Shown in pieces: positions 17,001 to 26,033 of a stretch of DNA of 64,000 nt. The stretch is from NCBI GenBank assembly GCA_028715345.1, contig JAQUSB010000002.1, forward strand, positions 675 to 64,674. Direction: 5' to 3'. Origin of the DNA: Candidatus Omnitrophota bacterium. Lineage in GTDB: Bacteria > Omnitrophota > Gorgyraeia > 2-01-FULL-45-10. Each line of letters begins with the position of its first letter. Position 1 is the first letter of the stretch. The notes below the pieces were generated by a model, which did not search any database, was not told the DNA's origin, and was given only the letters and a program-made list of their open reading frames with translations. The position numbers were made by a program, and so were the translations under genes.

Positions 17001-18568
17001 TGACGTTGATATCTCCGCCGCCGCATCACGATATATATTCGATCGAGGACCTGGCGCAGCTTATTTTTGACTTAAAGAACGTGAACCCTAAAGCGCGCAT
17101 CAGCGTCAAGCTCGTATCGGAGATCGGCGTCGGCACTATAGCGGCCGGCGTAGCGAAGGGACATGCGGATATGATCCTGATATCCGGAGGTGACGGCGGG
17201 ACGGGCGCGTCGCCTATGAGTTCGATCAAGCACGCGGGCCTGCCGTGGGAGCTGGGGCTGTCCGAGGCCCACCAAACGCTCGTCTTAAACGACCTGCGCA
17301 GCCGTGTGCGTCTGCAGACGGACGGGCAGATGCGCACAGGCAGGGACGTCGCGATAGCGGCGCTTTTAGGGGCTGAGGAATTCGGTTTCTGCACGGCGGC
17401 GCTTGTAGTGTCGGGATGCGTGATGCTCCGCCACTGCAACCTCAATAATTGTTCGGTCGGCATCGCCACTCAGAACGAGATACTCGAAAAGAGGTTCCGG
17501 GGGAGACCGGAATACCTTATAAATTATTTCAATTTCGTCGCCGAGGAGCTGCGCGGGATAATGGCTTCTTTAGGCTTAAGGTCTATCGATGAGATGGTCG
17601 GGAGGACCGATCTTTTGGAACCGAACGCATTTATCTCGTCGGGGAAAGCGGACAAATTAGACCTTTCGCGAATATTATACAAACCGGTGATGCCGGAGGG
17701 CGTCGGTACTCATTGCACCAAAAAACAGGACCACGGCATAGACAAAATACTCGACATCAAGCTTATCGATCTTGCCGATAACGCGATAAAGAACAGCGAG
17801 CAGATAAATATAGAGCTCGGCATAAAGAACACCGATAGGACCGCGGGGGCTATGTTGAGCGGCGCCATATGCCGCCTTCACGGCGAAGAGGGGCTGCCTC
17901 AGGACACGGTAAATTTCAAGTTTAAGGGAATGGCCGGCCAGTCCTTCGGCGCGTTCCTGGTGAAAGGCGTGAAGTTCGAACTCGAGGGAATGGCAAACGA
18001 TTATGTCGGCAAAGGCATATCGGGCGGAACGATAATAATATATCCCGACAAGTCCAGCCTGTATGCGCCCGAGGAGAATGTGATCATAGGAAATACCGCG
18101 TTCTACGGGGCGATAAGCGGCCAGGCGTATATAAGAGGCGTGGCCGGAGAGAGATTCTGCATACGCAATTCCGGATTGTTGGCGGTGGTGGAAGGTACAG
18201 GCGATCATGGCTGTGAATATATGACCGGGGGCAGAGTGGTGGTGCTCGGTAAAACCGGCAGGAACTTCGCTGCCGGCATGTCAGGGGGGATAGCATATAT
18301 ATACGACCCTGAAAAAGAATTTGACGGAAGGTACAATAAAGAAATGGTCCGGGCGGAGAAAGTCACGGCTGAGGATGAGGCGACGATCAACGACCTTCTC
18401 CTGAACCACTCGAGATATACGCAAAGCCCTATCGCGAAAAAGATACTTGCCAATTTCAGGAGCAGTATGAAAAAATTCGTGAAGGTCATGCCGATAGAAT
18501 ATAAACGCATACTCGAGAACGCCGCGATAACGGCAAAAAAAGATTCGACAGAGGTGTCAGATGGGTGA
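14045..18568 (+). CDS. gltB: glutamate synthase large subunit
   Basis: 1507 aa; N-terminal Cys1-type amidotransferase (CGVGFV), FMN/Fe-S central domain and C-terminal GXGXG beta-helix domain. Confidence 0.9.
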   Translation: MRHTAIPKAQGLYDPQFEHDSCGVGFVCNIDGNPSNEIVLQGLRVLDRLSHRGATGADPKTGDGAGVLIQIPHDFFKKVCAAKGIELPGKGEYGTGLFFLPVDVKEREFCKNTVKKIVESEGQTLLGWRSVPVDNSDIGVTARQTEPVIEQPFIKRAPGMKGELEFERKLFLIRKRIENTVRSSRLKQGSSFYITNLSGRTFSYKGLLMPHQVGSFFPDLKDKDMKSALCLVHSRYSTNTFPTWDRAQPFRFLAHNGEINTLRGNINWLKARESLLASKLFGKDIRKLYPVIVPGGSDSASLDNLFELLVLSGRSMPHAMMMLIPAAWEQDHSMSDKLKNFYKYHSCLTEPWDGPAAIAFTDGARIGACLDRNGLRPARYIVTKSGFVVMSSEVGVLDIPPAEILKSGRVEPGKIFFIDTVQGKIIDDRELKDKMASRSPYGAWTKNNIVELDSLPRSKKTVKKAKGTDTLLKAFGYTREDLKVIIKPMAEKGAEPVGSMGNDTPHAVLSLKPQLLYSYFKQLFAQVTNPAIDPIREELVMSLESYIGPEKNLLDETADHCHRLHVKRPVLTNEELSKIRDIKFNGFRTKTISTLFNAEDEKDFIDTIDHICAEASGAIKKGYKFIILSDKGLNKKKAALPALLAVGAVHQHLVKRSLRTQIGIVVESAEPREVHHFALLFGYGADCVNPYLAYEAAGKLIEDGDLDMDPGKARHNYIKAVNKGILKILSKMGISTLQSYRGAQIFEALGLNDKVVEKCFTGTASRIGGIGFDHIYKECLLRHRDAYYGLGEPYLATGGLYQWKKDGEFHLWNPETIAALQDATRLNDPKKYREFADLINDQSKNPCTLRSMLKFKTVTPVPLSEVEPAGSIFKRLVTGAMSFGSISRSTHETLALAMNKLGGRSNTGEGGEDPARFAPLPNGDSARSAIKQVASGRFGVTTNYLVNADELQIKIAQGAKPGEGGQLPGHKVSPIIARTRYTTPGVTLISPPPHHDIYSIEDLAQLIFDLKNVNPKARISVKLVSEIGVGTIAAGVAKGHADMILISGGDGGTGASPMSSIKHAGLPWELGLSEAHQTLVLNDLRSRVRLQTDGQMRTGRDVAIAALLGAEEFGFCTAALVVSGCVMLRHCNLNNCSVGIATQNEILEKRFRGRPEYLINYFNFVAEELRGIMASLGLRSIDEMVGRTDLLEPNAFISSGKADKLDLSRILYKPVMPEGVGTHCTKKQDHGIDKILDIKLIDLADNAIKNSEQINIELGIKNTDRTAGAMLSGAICRLHGEEGLPQDTVNFKFKGMAGQSFGAFLVKGVKFELEGMANDYVGKGISGGTIIIYPDKSSLYAPEENVIIGNTAFYGAISGQAYIRGVAGERFCIRNSGLLAVVEGTGDHGCEYMTGGRVVVLGKTGRNFAAGMSGGIAYIYDPEKEFDGRYNKEMVRAEKVTAEDEATINDLLLNHSRYTQSPIAKKILANFRSSMKKFVKVMPIEYKRILENAAITAKKDSTEVSDG

Positions 18569-20006
18569 TACGCACGGTTTTCTTAAAATACGGCGAAAAA
18601 CGTCGTCCTACAGGCCGGTTTGCGAAAGGGTCAAGGACTACGATGAGGTCGTGCAGTTGCGTTCCGATGAAAGTTCCGAGGAGCAGGGCGCGCGATGCAT
18701 GGATTGCGGCACACCTTTTTGTCATTGGGGATGCCCTATCGGCAATTACATCCCGGAATGGAACGACCTGATATTCCGCGGGCAGTGGAAACAGGCCATG
18801 GATATCCTGGGCGGGACAAATAACCTTCCCGAGATAACAGGACGCATATGCCCGGCGCTATGCGAATACGCCTGCGTCCTCGGTATAAACGACGATCCTG
18901 TCACCGTCCGTGAGAATGAGCTGGCGATAGTCGAGCATGCCTTTAAGAACGGGTTCATAAAGGCCAGGCCTCCGAGGAAACGGACAGGAAAGAAGGTGGC
19001 TGTGATCGGATCAGGGCCGTCGGGCCTGGCAACAGCGGATCAGTTGAACAAAGCAGGGCATGCGGCAACGGTATTCGAGCGCGATGACAAGATAGGCGGA
19101 ATATTAAGGTATGGCATACCGGATTTTAAACTGGATAAAGGTATTTTGGACAGGCGTATAAAGATATGGAAAAAAGAAGGCATAAAATTCGTTACAAAAG
19201 TAAGTGTCGGCGCAGACCTTAAAGCTTCCAGCCTGAAGAAAGAATTTGACGCTATATGTCTGGCAGGCGGGAGCAGGACGCCGCGCGATATAAAGATAGA
19301 GGGGAGAGAACTTTCAGGCATCCATTTCGCGATGGATTATCTCACCCAGTCGAATAAACGCGCCTCCGGAGAAAAGATACCCGAAGACAGGCTCATCGAC
19401 GCAAAAGGCAAGAAAGTCGTCATCATAGGCGGCGGAGACACCGGGGCCGATTGCGTGGGAACGGCGAACAGACAGGGCGCAAGCTGCGTAGCCCAGATAG
19501 AGGTTATGCCGAAGCCGGCCGAATGCAGGCCGGATAACCAGCCCTGGCCTAAATACCCGCTTATCCTAAAGACCTCGACCAGCCATGAAGAAGGAAGCCA
19601 GCGCCATTGGTCGATCCTTACAAAGAAATTCGCAGGACAGGGTGGACGCATCGCCAAAATATCGTGTGCGCGCGTGGATTTCTCCCAAAAAGACGATAAA
19701 GGATGCCCGGTAATGAAAGAGATCCCGGGAAGCGCATTCGAGATAGAAGCCGACCTCGTGATACTCGCCGTAGGCTTCCTGCATCCCGAACACTCAAGTC
19801 TACTTAAGGATTTAGACGTAGAGCTGGACGTGAGGGGCAACATAAAGACAGGCGCCGATCATGCCACGTCCGTAAAGAACGTGTTCGCCGCAGGAGATAT
19901 GAGAAGAGGCCAATCTCTCGTAGTCTGGGCTATATCCGAAGGCCGGAGCGCCGCGCACTATATAGACAAACACCTGATGGGGGCTACCTCGCTGCCCAGG
20001 ATGTAG
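18561..20006 (+). CDS. gltD: glutamate synthase small (NADPH) subunit
   Basis: 481 aa; CMDCGTPFCHWGCPIGN Fe-S motif; two Rossmann GxGxxG (VAVIGSGPSG; VVIIGGGDTG); overlaps gltB by 8 nt. Confidence 0.9.
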   Translation: MGDTHGFLKIRRKTSSYRPVCERVKDYDEVVQLRSDESSEEQGARCMDCGTPFCHWGCPIGNYIPEWNDLIFRGQWKQAMDILGGTNNLPEITGRICPALCEYACVLGINDDPVTVRENELAIVEHAFKNGFIKARPPRKRTGKKVAVIGSGPSGLATADQLNKAGHAATVFERDDKIGGILRYGIPDFKLDKGILDRRIKIWKKEGIKFVTKVSVGADLKASSLKKEFDAICLAGGSRTPRDIKIEGRELSGIHFAMDYLTQSNKRASGEKIPEDRLIDAKGKKVVIIGGGDTGADCVGTANRQGASCVAQIEVMPKPAECRPDNQPWPKYPLILKTSTSHEEGSQRHWSILTKKFAGQGGRIAKISCARVDFSQKDDKGCPVMKEIPGSAFEIEADLVILAVGFLHPEHSSLLKDLDVELDVRGNIKTGADHATSVKNVFAAGDMRRGQSLVVWAISEGRSAAHYIDKHLMGATSLPRM

Positions 20007-20010
20007 TTGA

Positions 20011-20077
20011 CTGAATTAACTTGGCCGCTCGTAGAACTCGCGGCACTTAGCTAACCCATAGGCTGAATTAACTTGCT
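20011..20077 (+). repeat. REP/MITE-like intergenic repeat, copy A
   Basis: CTGAATTAACTTGGCCGCTCGTAGAACTCGCGGCACTTAGCTAACCCATAGGCTGAATTAACTTG; related to copies at 50801..50856 and 57268..57337 (reverse); internal 13-bp direct repeat CTGAATTAACTTG at both ends. Confidence 0.6.
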
Positions 20078-20110
20078 ATCTCGCCTTACCTATAATAGAA
20101 TAATTACCTT

Positions 20111-22099
20111 ATGACGGATAAGCTTAACATATTCGGAAAAGCCAAGGAATTTGTCATAGGGAAAGCCCGAAACCTGCATGATCCCCGCCTTTTTCACAAT
20201 ATCTCGCTGGTAGCTTTCTTTGCCTGGGTGGGCTTGGGTTCGGACGGCCTTTCATCGTGCTGTTACGGACCCGAAGAAGCCTTTCTTGCACTCCAGTCAC
20301 ATATGTTCCTGGGCATCTTCGTCGCCATAGCGACCGCCATAACCATCTTCGTTATAAGCTCCAGCTATTCACAGATAATCGAGCTGTTCCCGTCAGGCGG
20401 GGGAGGATACCTTGTAGCGAGCAAACTGCTTTCGCCGGCCGTGGGAATGGTCTCAGGCTGCGCTTTGCTCGTAGATTATGTCTTGACTATAGCGATATCC
20501 ATAGCCAGCGGAGCCGACGCGCTCTTCAGTTTTCTGCCTCCGTATCTTTTACAATTCAAGCTGCCTGTCGCTATAACCGGGGTATTTATCCTTACACTGC
20601 TGAATCTGCGCGGCGTAAAAGAATCTATCCTGCCGCTCGTGCCCATATTCCTGACATTCCTGATAACACATTTATTTACGATAGTTTACGCCGTGGCTAC
20701 CAATACATCCCGGTTTGGCGCCATCATAAACACTACGGCCAGCGATGTAACCCTTGCCCGGGCGGAGTTGGGTATATTCGGCATGCTGGTGCTGATAATG
20801 AAAGCATACAGCATGGGTGCAGGAACATATACAGGTATCGAGGCCGTATCAAACGGTATGTCTATATTACGGGAGCCTAAAGTCGAAACGGCAAAGAAGA
20901 CGATGCGCTACATGTCCATTTCGCTTGCCGCTGTCGCCGGCGGCCTTATGCTAGGCTACCTGTTTTACAACGTTAAATTCCAGCCGGGAAAAACGCTCAA
21001 CGCCGTGCTTCTAGAGAACTTAACCTTAAGCTGGAACCCTCAGGTTGGATATATATTCATATTGGTCACCCTTCTGGCAGAAGCCATAATACTTTTTGTC
21101 GCGGCCCAGACAGGGTTTTTGGGCGGCCCGCGCGTTTTGGCCAATATGGCGCAGGACAGGTGGTTCCCGCTGCAATTTTCGCTGCTCAGCGAACGTTTTG
21201 TAACGCAGAACGGTATATTGCTGATGGGCGGAGCGGCACTCGTCCTGATAACCTTGAGCCGCGGATCGGTAAAATTTCTCGTCGTTCTGTACGCCATCAA
21301 CGTTTTTATAACTTTCTGCCTGTCACAGCTGGGGATGGTGCGCCACTGGTGGAACGTCAGAGGCAAGGCATCACGATGGCTTAAGAAACTGGCCATTAAC
21401 GGCCTCGGACTCGTCCTCACAACGTTTATCCTGTTTTCCGTAATAATAATAAAATTCGACGAGGGCGGCTGGATAACGATATTCATTACCGGCTCACTGA
21501 TAGCCCTGGCAGTCGCCATCAAGCGATACTACAGGAGGACGACAAAACTGCTCGTAAGGCTCGACAGCCTCGTCCACGCGGCGGAGATAGCAAGATCGGT
21601 CGAGTCGACGGAAGAGAAGGGGCCTGAGCCGCAGTATGACCCGGAATCGAAAACAGCGGTAATACTGGTGGGCGGTTTCAACGGTATGGGGCTTCACACT
21701 CTATTCAATGTGCGGCGCTTATTCGGCGATATCAAAAATTTTGTTTTCATAAAGGCGGGGATAATCGATTCCGGTAATTTTAAAGGCGTCGATTCCATAA
21801 ACGACCTTAAAAAGCACGTCCAGGACGAGCTTAACCACTATGTAGTTTTTATGAAAAACCAGGGATTTTACGCCGAGGCCTTTTCTACCATAGGAACTGA
21901 AATCGCCGACGATATTTCAGGGATGGCTTACGAGATATTCGAACGCTACCCGAACAGCGTATTCTTCGGGGGGCAGATCGTATTCCCGCAGGACACCATA
22001 TTTACCAAGATGCTGTATAATTACACGACCTTTGCGGTCCAGCGCAGGCTCCATCAGAATGGTATACCGTTCATAGTCATGCCTATCAGGGTAAGTTGA
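20111..22099 (+). CDS. KimA-family (APC superfamily) K+ uptake transporter with C-terminal cytoplasmic domain
   Basis: 662 aa; FPSGGGGYLVASKLLSPAVG and LLVDYVLTIAISIASGADALFSFLP closely mirror the B. subtilis KimA core motifs; ~200-aa soluble C-terminal domain. Confidence 0.55.
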   Translation: MTDKLNIFGKAKEFVIGKARNLHDPRLFHNISLVAFFAWVGLGSDGLSSCCYGPEEAFLALQSHMFLGIFVAIATAITIFVISSSYSQIIELFPSGGGGYLVASKLLSPAVGMVSGCALLVDYVLTIAISIASGADALFSFLPPYLLQFKLPVAITGVFILTLLNLRGVKESILPLVPIFLTFLITHLFTIVYAVATNTSRFGAIINTTASDVTLARAELGIFGMLVLIMKAYSMGAGTYTGIEAVSNGMSILREPKVETAKKTMRYMSISLAAVAGGLMLGYLFYNVKFQPGKTLNAVLLENLTLSWNPQVGYIFILVTLLAEAIILFVAAQTGFLGGPRVLANMAQDRWFPLQFSLLSERFVTQNGILLMGGAALVLITLSRGSVKFLVVLYAINVFITFCLSQLGMVRHWWNVRGKASRWLKKLAINGLGLVLTTFILFSVIIIKFDEGGWITIFITGSLIALAVAIKRYYRRTTKLLVRLDSLVHAAEIARSVESTEEKGPEPQYDPESKTAVILVGGFNGMGLHTLFNVRRLFGDIKNFVFIKAGIIDSGNFKGVDSINDLKKHVQDELNHYVVFMKNQGFYAEAFSTIGTEIADDISGMAYEIFERYPNSVFFGGQIVFPQDTIFTKMLYNYTTFAVQRRLHQNGIPFIVMPIRVS

Positions 22100-22111
22100 T
22101 CTTAAAAAGTC

Positions 22112-22139
22112 TTGACATTTTTGGCTTAAGGGTTATAAT
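22112..22139 (+). promoter_or_regulatory. consensus sigma70 promoter for hppA super-operon
   Basis: TTGACA-16 nt-TATAAT. Confidence 0.55.
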
Positions 22140-22145
22140 ACTGCT

Positions 22146-22217
22146 ATAATCTGACAGACAACGACGTCTTCCAAAAGACCTCCCTTGTTAGGATGGTGCA
22201 GGAGGTCTTCTTTTTTA
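22146..22217 (+). promoter_or_regulatory. hppA 5' leader: AGAC-AACGAC-GUCU hexaloop hairpin + intrinsic terminator
   Basis: hairpin 22156..22169 (loop A1/G4); alternative GUCUU/AAGAC pairing; terminator AAGACCUCC...GGAGGUCUU (22175..22209) + U6; 35 nt before hppA ATG. Confidence 0.5.
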
Positions 22218-22251
22218 ATACTTAATACTTATACATGGAGGGAAAGAGAAA

Positions 22252-24576
22252 ATGGTTTATGGATTGACTTTTTTCGAACAGATCGCCATATGGAGCGTTC
22301 TGGGAGTATCTATACTGGGTTTACTGTATGCGCTCTTCCTGCGAAAACAGATATTGCTCGAGGATAAAGGCGACAACAAAATGATAGAGGTATGGAACGC
22401 CATCCGCGAGGGCGCGAACGCTTACCTTAAGAAACAGCTATTTTCCATCCTTCCTTTAATAGGCATACTTACATTCGCGCTATTCTTTTCCGTGTATATA
22501 GTCCCGCCGTCCGAAGAGGCGTTACAGCGCTTCGCCGGCCAGCCGGAGAATACGGTCAGGTTCATCATAGGTATAGGCAGGGCGCTCGCGTTCGTTATGG
22601 GCGCGATATTCTCGCTGCTCGTAGGACAGCTCGGTATGCGCATGGCGGTCCAAGGCAACGTCAGAGTAGCCCAGGCCGCGAAGAGATCGTTCGGGGACGC
22701 CCTCAGGATCGCGTATCGATCGGGCACCATCACAGGTATGCTCACAGACGGCCTCGGGCTTTTCGGAGGCACGATAATCTTCATCATATTCGGGGTCGCA
22801 GCGCCGGACGCGCTGTTAGGGTTCGGTTTCGGCGGAACATTGCTCGCGCTCTTTATGAGGGTGGGCGGCGGCATCTACACCAAGGCAGCGGACGTAGGGG
22901 CGGACCTCGTCGGTAAAGTCGAAGCGGGAATACCCGAGGACGATCCGCGCAACCCCGCAGTGGTCGCGGACTTAGTCGGTGACAATGTCGGCGATTGCGC
23001 CGGGATGGCAGCCGATATTTTCGAATCTTACGAAGTCACAATAGTCTCGGGCCTTATACTCGGGCTCGCGCTCTATCATATAACTCACAGGCTGGAATGG
23101 ATAGTCTATCCGCTTTTAGTCCGCGGCATAGGCGTGCTCTGCTCGATCATCGGCACTTACGCCGTCAAGGGCAGCCCGTCGAAGAGCGGCAACGCGATGA
23201 AAGCGATATTCCACGGCTTTCTCACGTCGGCGGCGATATCGATCGCTTTATTCGGCATTCTCGCATATGTTTACATGAACAAACTGCCGGGCGGCTGGTG
23301 GAGGCCTTTTCTGGCAACGGCTGTCGGAGTAGGTCTTGCGATAGCGATCGACCGCCTTACCGAATATTTCACCGGTACAGAAGGTAAACCGGTGCGCGAG
23401 ATCAGGAAGTCCACAGGCACGGGTTCGGCTACCACTATATTGTCCGGCATCGCGGTAGGATACGAATCGGCCGTCTGGTCGATCATCGTTATCGCTACGA
23501 CGATATTCTCATCCATCGTCATATTCGGCACAATACCCGGTATCGAGGGCGCGGCAAGGGTCACTTATATACTCTACGGCGTCGCGATGACAGGCATAGG
23601 CATGCTGACCCTTACGGGCAACAACGTGGCCATGGATTCGTTCGGCCCGATCGCGGATAACGCGAACGGGATAGGAGAGATGGCCTGGCACGGGAAACAG
23701 GATAAAGACACCAAGGACGCCCGCAAGATCATGGCCGATCTCGACGGCGTAGGCAATACCACAAAAGCGATCACCAAAGGAGTTGCAATAGGCTCGGCGG
23801 TTATCGCGGCTGTGGCGCTGTTCGGTTCATACATGGTCGACGTAAGTAAAGTCCAGGCGGCTTTAGGGATATTGCCGGCCGACCAGTTAAATTCGATAGG
23901 TATACGCGTATCGGTCCCGCAGGTCTTCGTCGGCATGCTGATCGGAGGAGCGATACCGTGGCTATTCTCGGCGTTCAGCATACAGGCTGTGGCGAGAGCC
24001 GCATCCCTTATTGTCCATGAAGTCAGGCGCCAATTCAAGCTCGGCGTCCTCGAAGGCAAAATGAAGCCCGATTATCAGCAGGCAGTATCGATCTCAACGA
24101 CCGCGGCGCAGAAAGAATTGGTAGGGCTTGCGGTCATAAGCATAGTGTCTCCTATAGTAGTAGGTTTAGTCCTCCAGGTCGAAGCACTCGGCGGATTCTT
24201 GGCCGGTATAATCCTGTCAGGCCAACTGCTCGCAGTATTTATGTCGAATGCCGGCGGGGCGTGGGATAACGCTAAAAAGACCATAGAAGACGAAGCCCGC
24301 AGCATAGAAAATAATACCGGTAAAGGATCCGAGCGCCACAAGGCGGCGGTAGTAGGGGATACGGTCGGCGATCCGTTAAAAGATACAGCGGGCCCGGCGC
24401 TCAATCCGATGATAAAAGTAGTCAACCTTGTTTCGGTAATAATCGCACCTATAATAGTGCAATACAATAAACTCGGCATAGGCGGCTGGGTAGTCGTTTC
24501 ATTACTCTGCGCATCTTTGGTCTGGGCAATACTCAAGAGTAAACGCCCGGCACCGGAATTGGCGCCGACAAAGTAA
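22252..24576 (+). CDS. hppA: membrane-bound proton-translocating pyrophosphatase, K+-independent type
   Basis: 774 aa; GGIYTKAADVGADLVGKVE, DNVGDCAGMAADIFESY and GNTTKA (Lys = K+-independent) signatures. Confidence 0.9.
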   Translation: MVYGLTFFEQIAIWSVLGVSILGLLYALFLRKQILLEDKGDNKMIEVWNAIREGANAYLKKQLFSILPLIGILTFALFFSVYIVPPSEEALQRFAGQPENTVRFIIGIGRALAFVMGAIFSLLVGQLGMRMAVQGNVRVAQAAKRSFGDALRIAYRSGTITGMLTDGLGLFGGTIIFIIFGVAAPDALLGFGFGGTLLALFMRVGGGIYTKAADVGADLVGKVEAGIPEDDPRNPAVVADLVGDNVGDCAGMAADIFESYEVTIVSGLILGLALYHITHRLEWIVYPLLVRGIGVLCSIIGTYAVKGSPSKSGNAMKAIFHGFLTSAAISIALFGILAYVYMNKLPGGWWRPFLATAVGVGLAIAIDRLTEYFTGTEGKPVREIRKSTGTGSATTILSGIAVGYESAVWSIIVIATTIFSSIVIFGTIPGIEGAARVTYILYGVAMTGIGMLTLTGNNVAMDSFGPIADNANGIGEMAWHGKQDKDTKDARKIMADLDGVGNTTKAITKGVAIGSAVIAAVALFGSYMVDVSKVQAALGILPADQLNSIGIRVSVPQVFVGMLIGGAIPWLFSAFSIQAVARAASLIVHEVRRQFKLGVLEGKMKPDYQQAVSISTTAAQKELVGLAVISIVSPIVVGLVLQVEALGGFLAGIILSGQLLAVFMSNAGGAWDNAKKTIEDEARSIENNTGKGSERHKAAVVGDTVGDPLKDTAGPALNPMIKVVNLVSVIIAPIIVQYNKLGIGGWVVVSLLCASLVWAILKSKRPAPELAPTK

Positions 24577-24586
24577 CTGTGATATA

Positions 24587-26032
24587 ATGATCCCGATGGA
24601 AAACAACTGTCTATTAGCCTGTGTTTTCGTCCCTGTCATAGGAGCCTTCGCACTTCCTTTGATAGGGAGGGTATCCGAGCTTGCCAGGAACCTGACGGCT
24701 CTTGCGCTCGTTACGGTATCGCTTGTAACATCACTCTTTCTTGCGCCGGCAGCCATTGCCGGGCATGTGATAAGCGTAAGTTATAGCCTTCCTCTCGGGT
24801 TCAATTTCATCCTTACCGCGGACGCACTCGCCGTATTCATGGCCGCAGCTTCTTCGCTCGTCGGCGCCATAATAGTCCTGTACTCTTTCGGATACATCAG
24901 CCACTACAATAACCGCAATGAATATTACCTGATGGTAACGCTTTTCCTCGGTTCTATGATGGGGCTCGTCTATTCCGGCAACCTCATTTTCATGTATTTA
25001 TTCTGGGAGATCACCGCCATAGCAAGCTGGCGCCTGATAGGATTTTTCCGGGAAAAGGAATACGTCCTGAAAGCGGACAAGGCATTTCTCGTAACGGTCT
25101 TCGGAGCTCTTGTAATGCTTTTGGGCTTCATCTATATCTATCAGGTCACGGGTTCTTTCGATCTTTCGGCGATAAAGGCCGCCTTTAAGAACAACGCAAT
25201 ACCCGATATAGCGGTAGCGTTGATACTCATAGGCATACTATCGAAATCGGCCACTCTGCCGTTCCACACATGGCTGCCGGACGCCGGCGTCGCGCCGTCA
25301 CCGGTCACAGCGCTTCTGCATGCCGCAGTCCTCGTCAAAATAGGCGTATACGTCTTCGCAAGGCTCTTCATAGCTACGTTCACTTTGAGCCAGATATGGC
25401 ATACGGTAGTGCCTGTCATAGCGGGCGTCAGCGCGCTCGTAGCGGCAGGGGCGGCGCTGGTCGAGACGGATATGAAGCGTATCATCGCGTATTCGACCGT
25501 AAGCCAGATAGGATTTATCCTTTTAGGTTTTGCCGTAAGTAACGAAGTGGGGGTAGTAGGGGCGCTTCTTTACATATTGATGCACGGGCTCGCTAAAGGC
25601 GGGCTATTTTTATGCGCAGGCATTGTCGAGCAGAATACAAAGACCAAAGATATAACAAAGATGGGCGGGCTCATCGCTACGATGCCGGTCACGGCCTTTT
25701 CATTCCTTGCGTGCGCGTTATCGGTAATGGGCGTACCGCCGTTCGGCGGTTTCTTCAGCAAATACCTCGTATTCTCGGGCGCGGCGACGAGCGGCAGTAT
25801 TATGATAACGAGTATATTTTTATTCGGTGCCTTCCTGACGCTGATATATCTATTCAGGATATTCAATATGATATTCCTGGGCGATCCGCAAAAACCGCCC
25901 GCAAAAGAGGGTTCAGGCGTAATGGTGCTTTCTGTGGCGATGCTCGCGGTCCTTTCGATAGCAGGCGGGATATTGATCAAATATCCGTCGGATTTTGTCC
26001 AGACGGCGGTAAAACAGATGATGGGAATTTAA
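24587..26032 (+). CDS. group 4 hydrogenase antiporter-like membrane subunit (NuoN/MrpD family) 1
   Basis: 481 aa; ~14 TM, NuoL/M/N-MrpA/D conserved helices (WLPDAGVAPSPVTALLHAA...). Confidence 0.7.
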   Translation: MIPMENNCLLACVFVPVIGAFALPLIGRVSELARNLTALALVTVSLVTSLFLAPAAIAGHVISVSYSLPLGFNFILTADALAVFMAAASSLVGAIIVLYSFGYISHYNNRNEYYLMVTLFLGSMMGLVYSGNLIFMYLFWEITAIASWRLIGFFREKEYVLKADKAFLVTVFGALVMLLGFIYIYQVTGSFDLSAIKAAFKNNAIPDIAVALILIGILSKSATLPFHTWLPDAGVAPSPVTALLHAAVLVKIGVYVFARLFIATFTLSQIWHTVVPVIAGVSALVAAGAALVETDMKRIIAYSTVSQIGFILLGFAVSNEVGVVGALLYILMHGLAKGGLFLCAGIVEQNTKTKDITKMGGLIATMPVTAFSFLACALSVMGVPPFGGFFSKYLVFSGAATSGSIMITSIFLFGAFLTLIYLFRIFNMIFLGDPQKPPAKEGSGVMVLSVAMLAVLSIAGGILIKYPSDFVQTAVKQMMGI

Positions 26033-26033
26033 C

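Noticed and set aside
20007-20110. c-di-AMP (ydaO-type) riboswitch upstream of the KimA-like K+ transporter, as in Bacillus
   Set aside because: The 104-nt spacer is too short. It lacks the pseudo-twofold ACGGGGA/CCCG conserved segments, and it is mostly occupied by the REP-like repeat copy A.
22185-22367. 60-aa ORF overlapping the hppA leader and start
   Set aside because: It begins inside the terminator U-tract region, is out of frame with hppA, and overlaps its RBS and start. It is an artefact.
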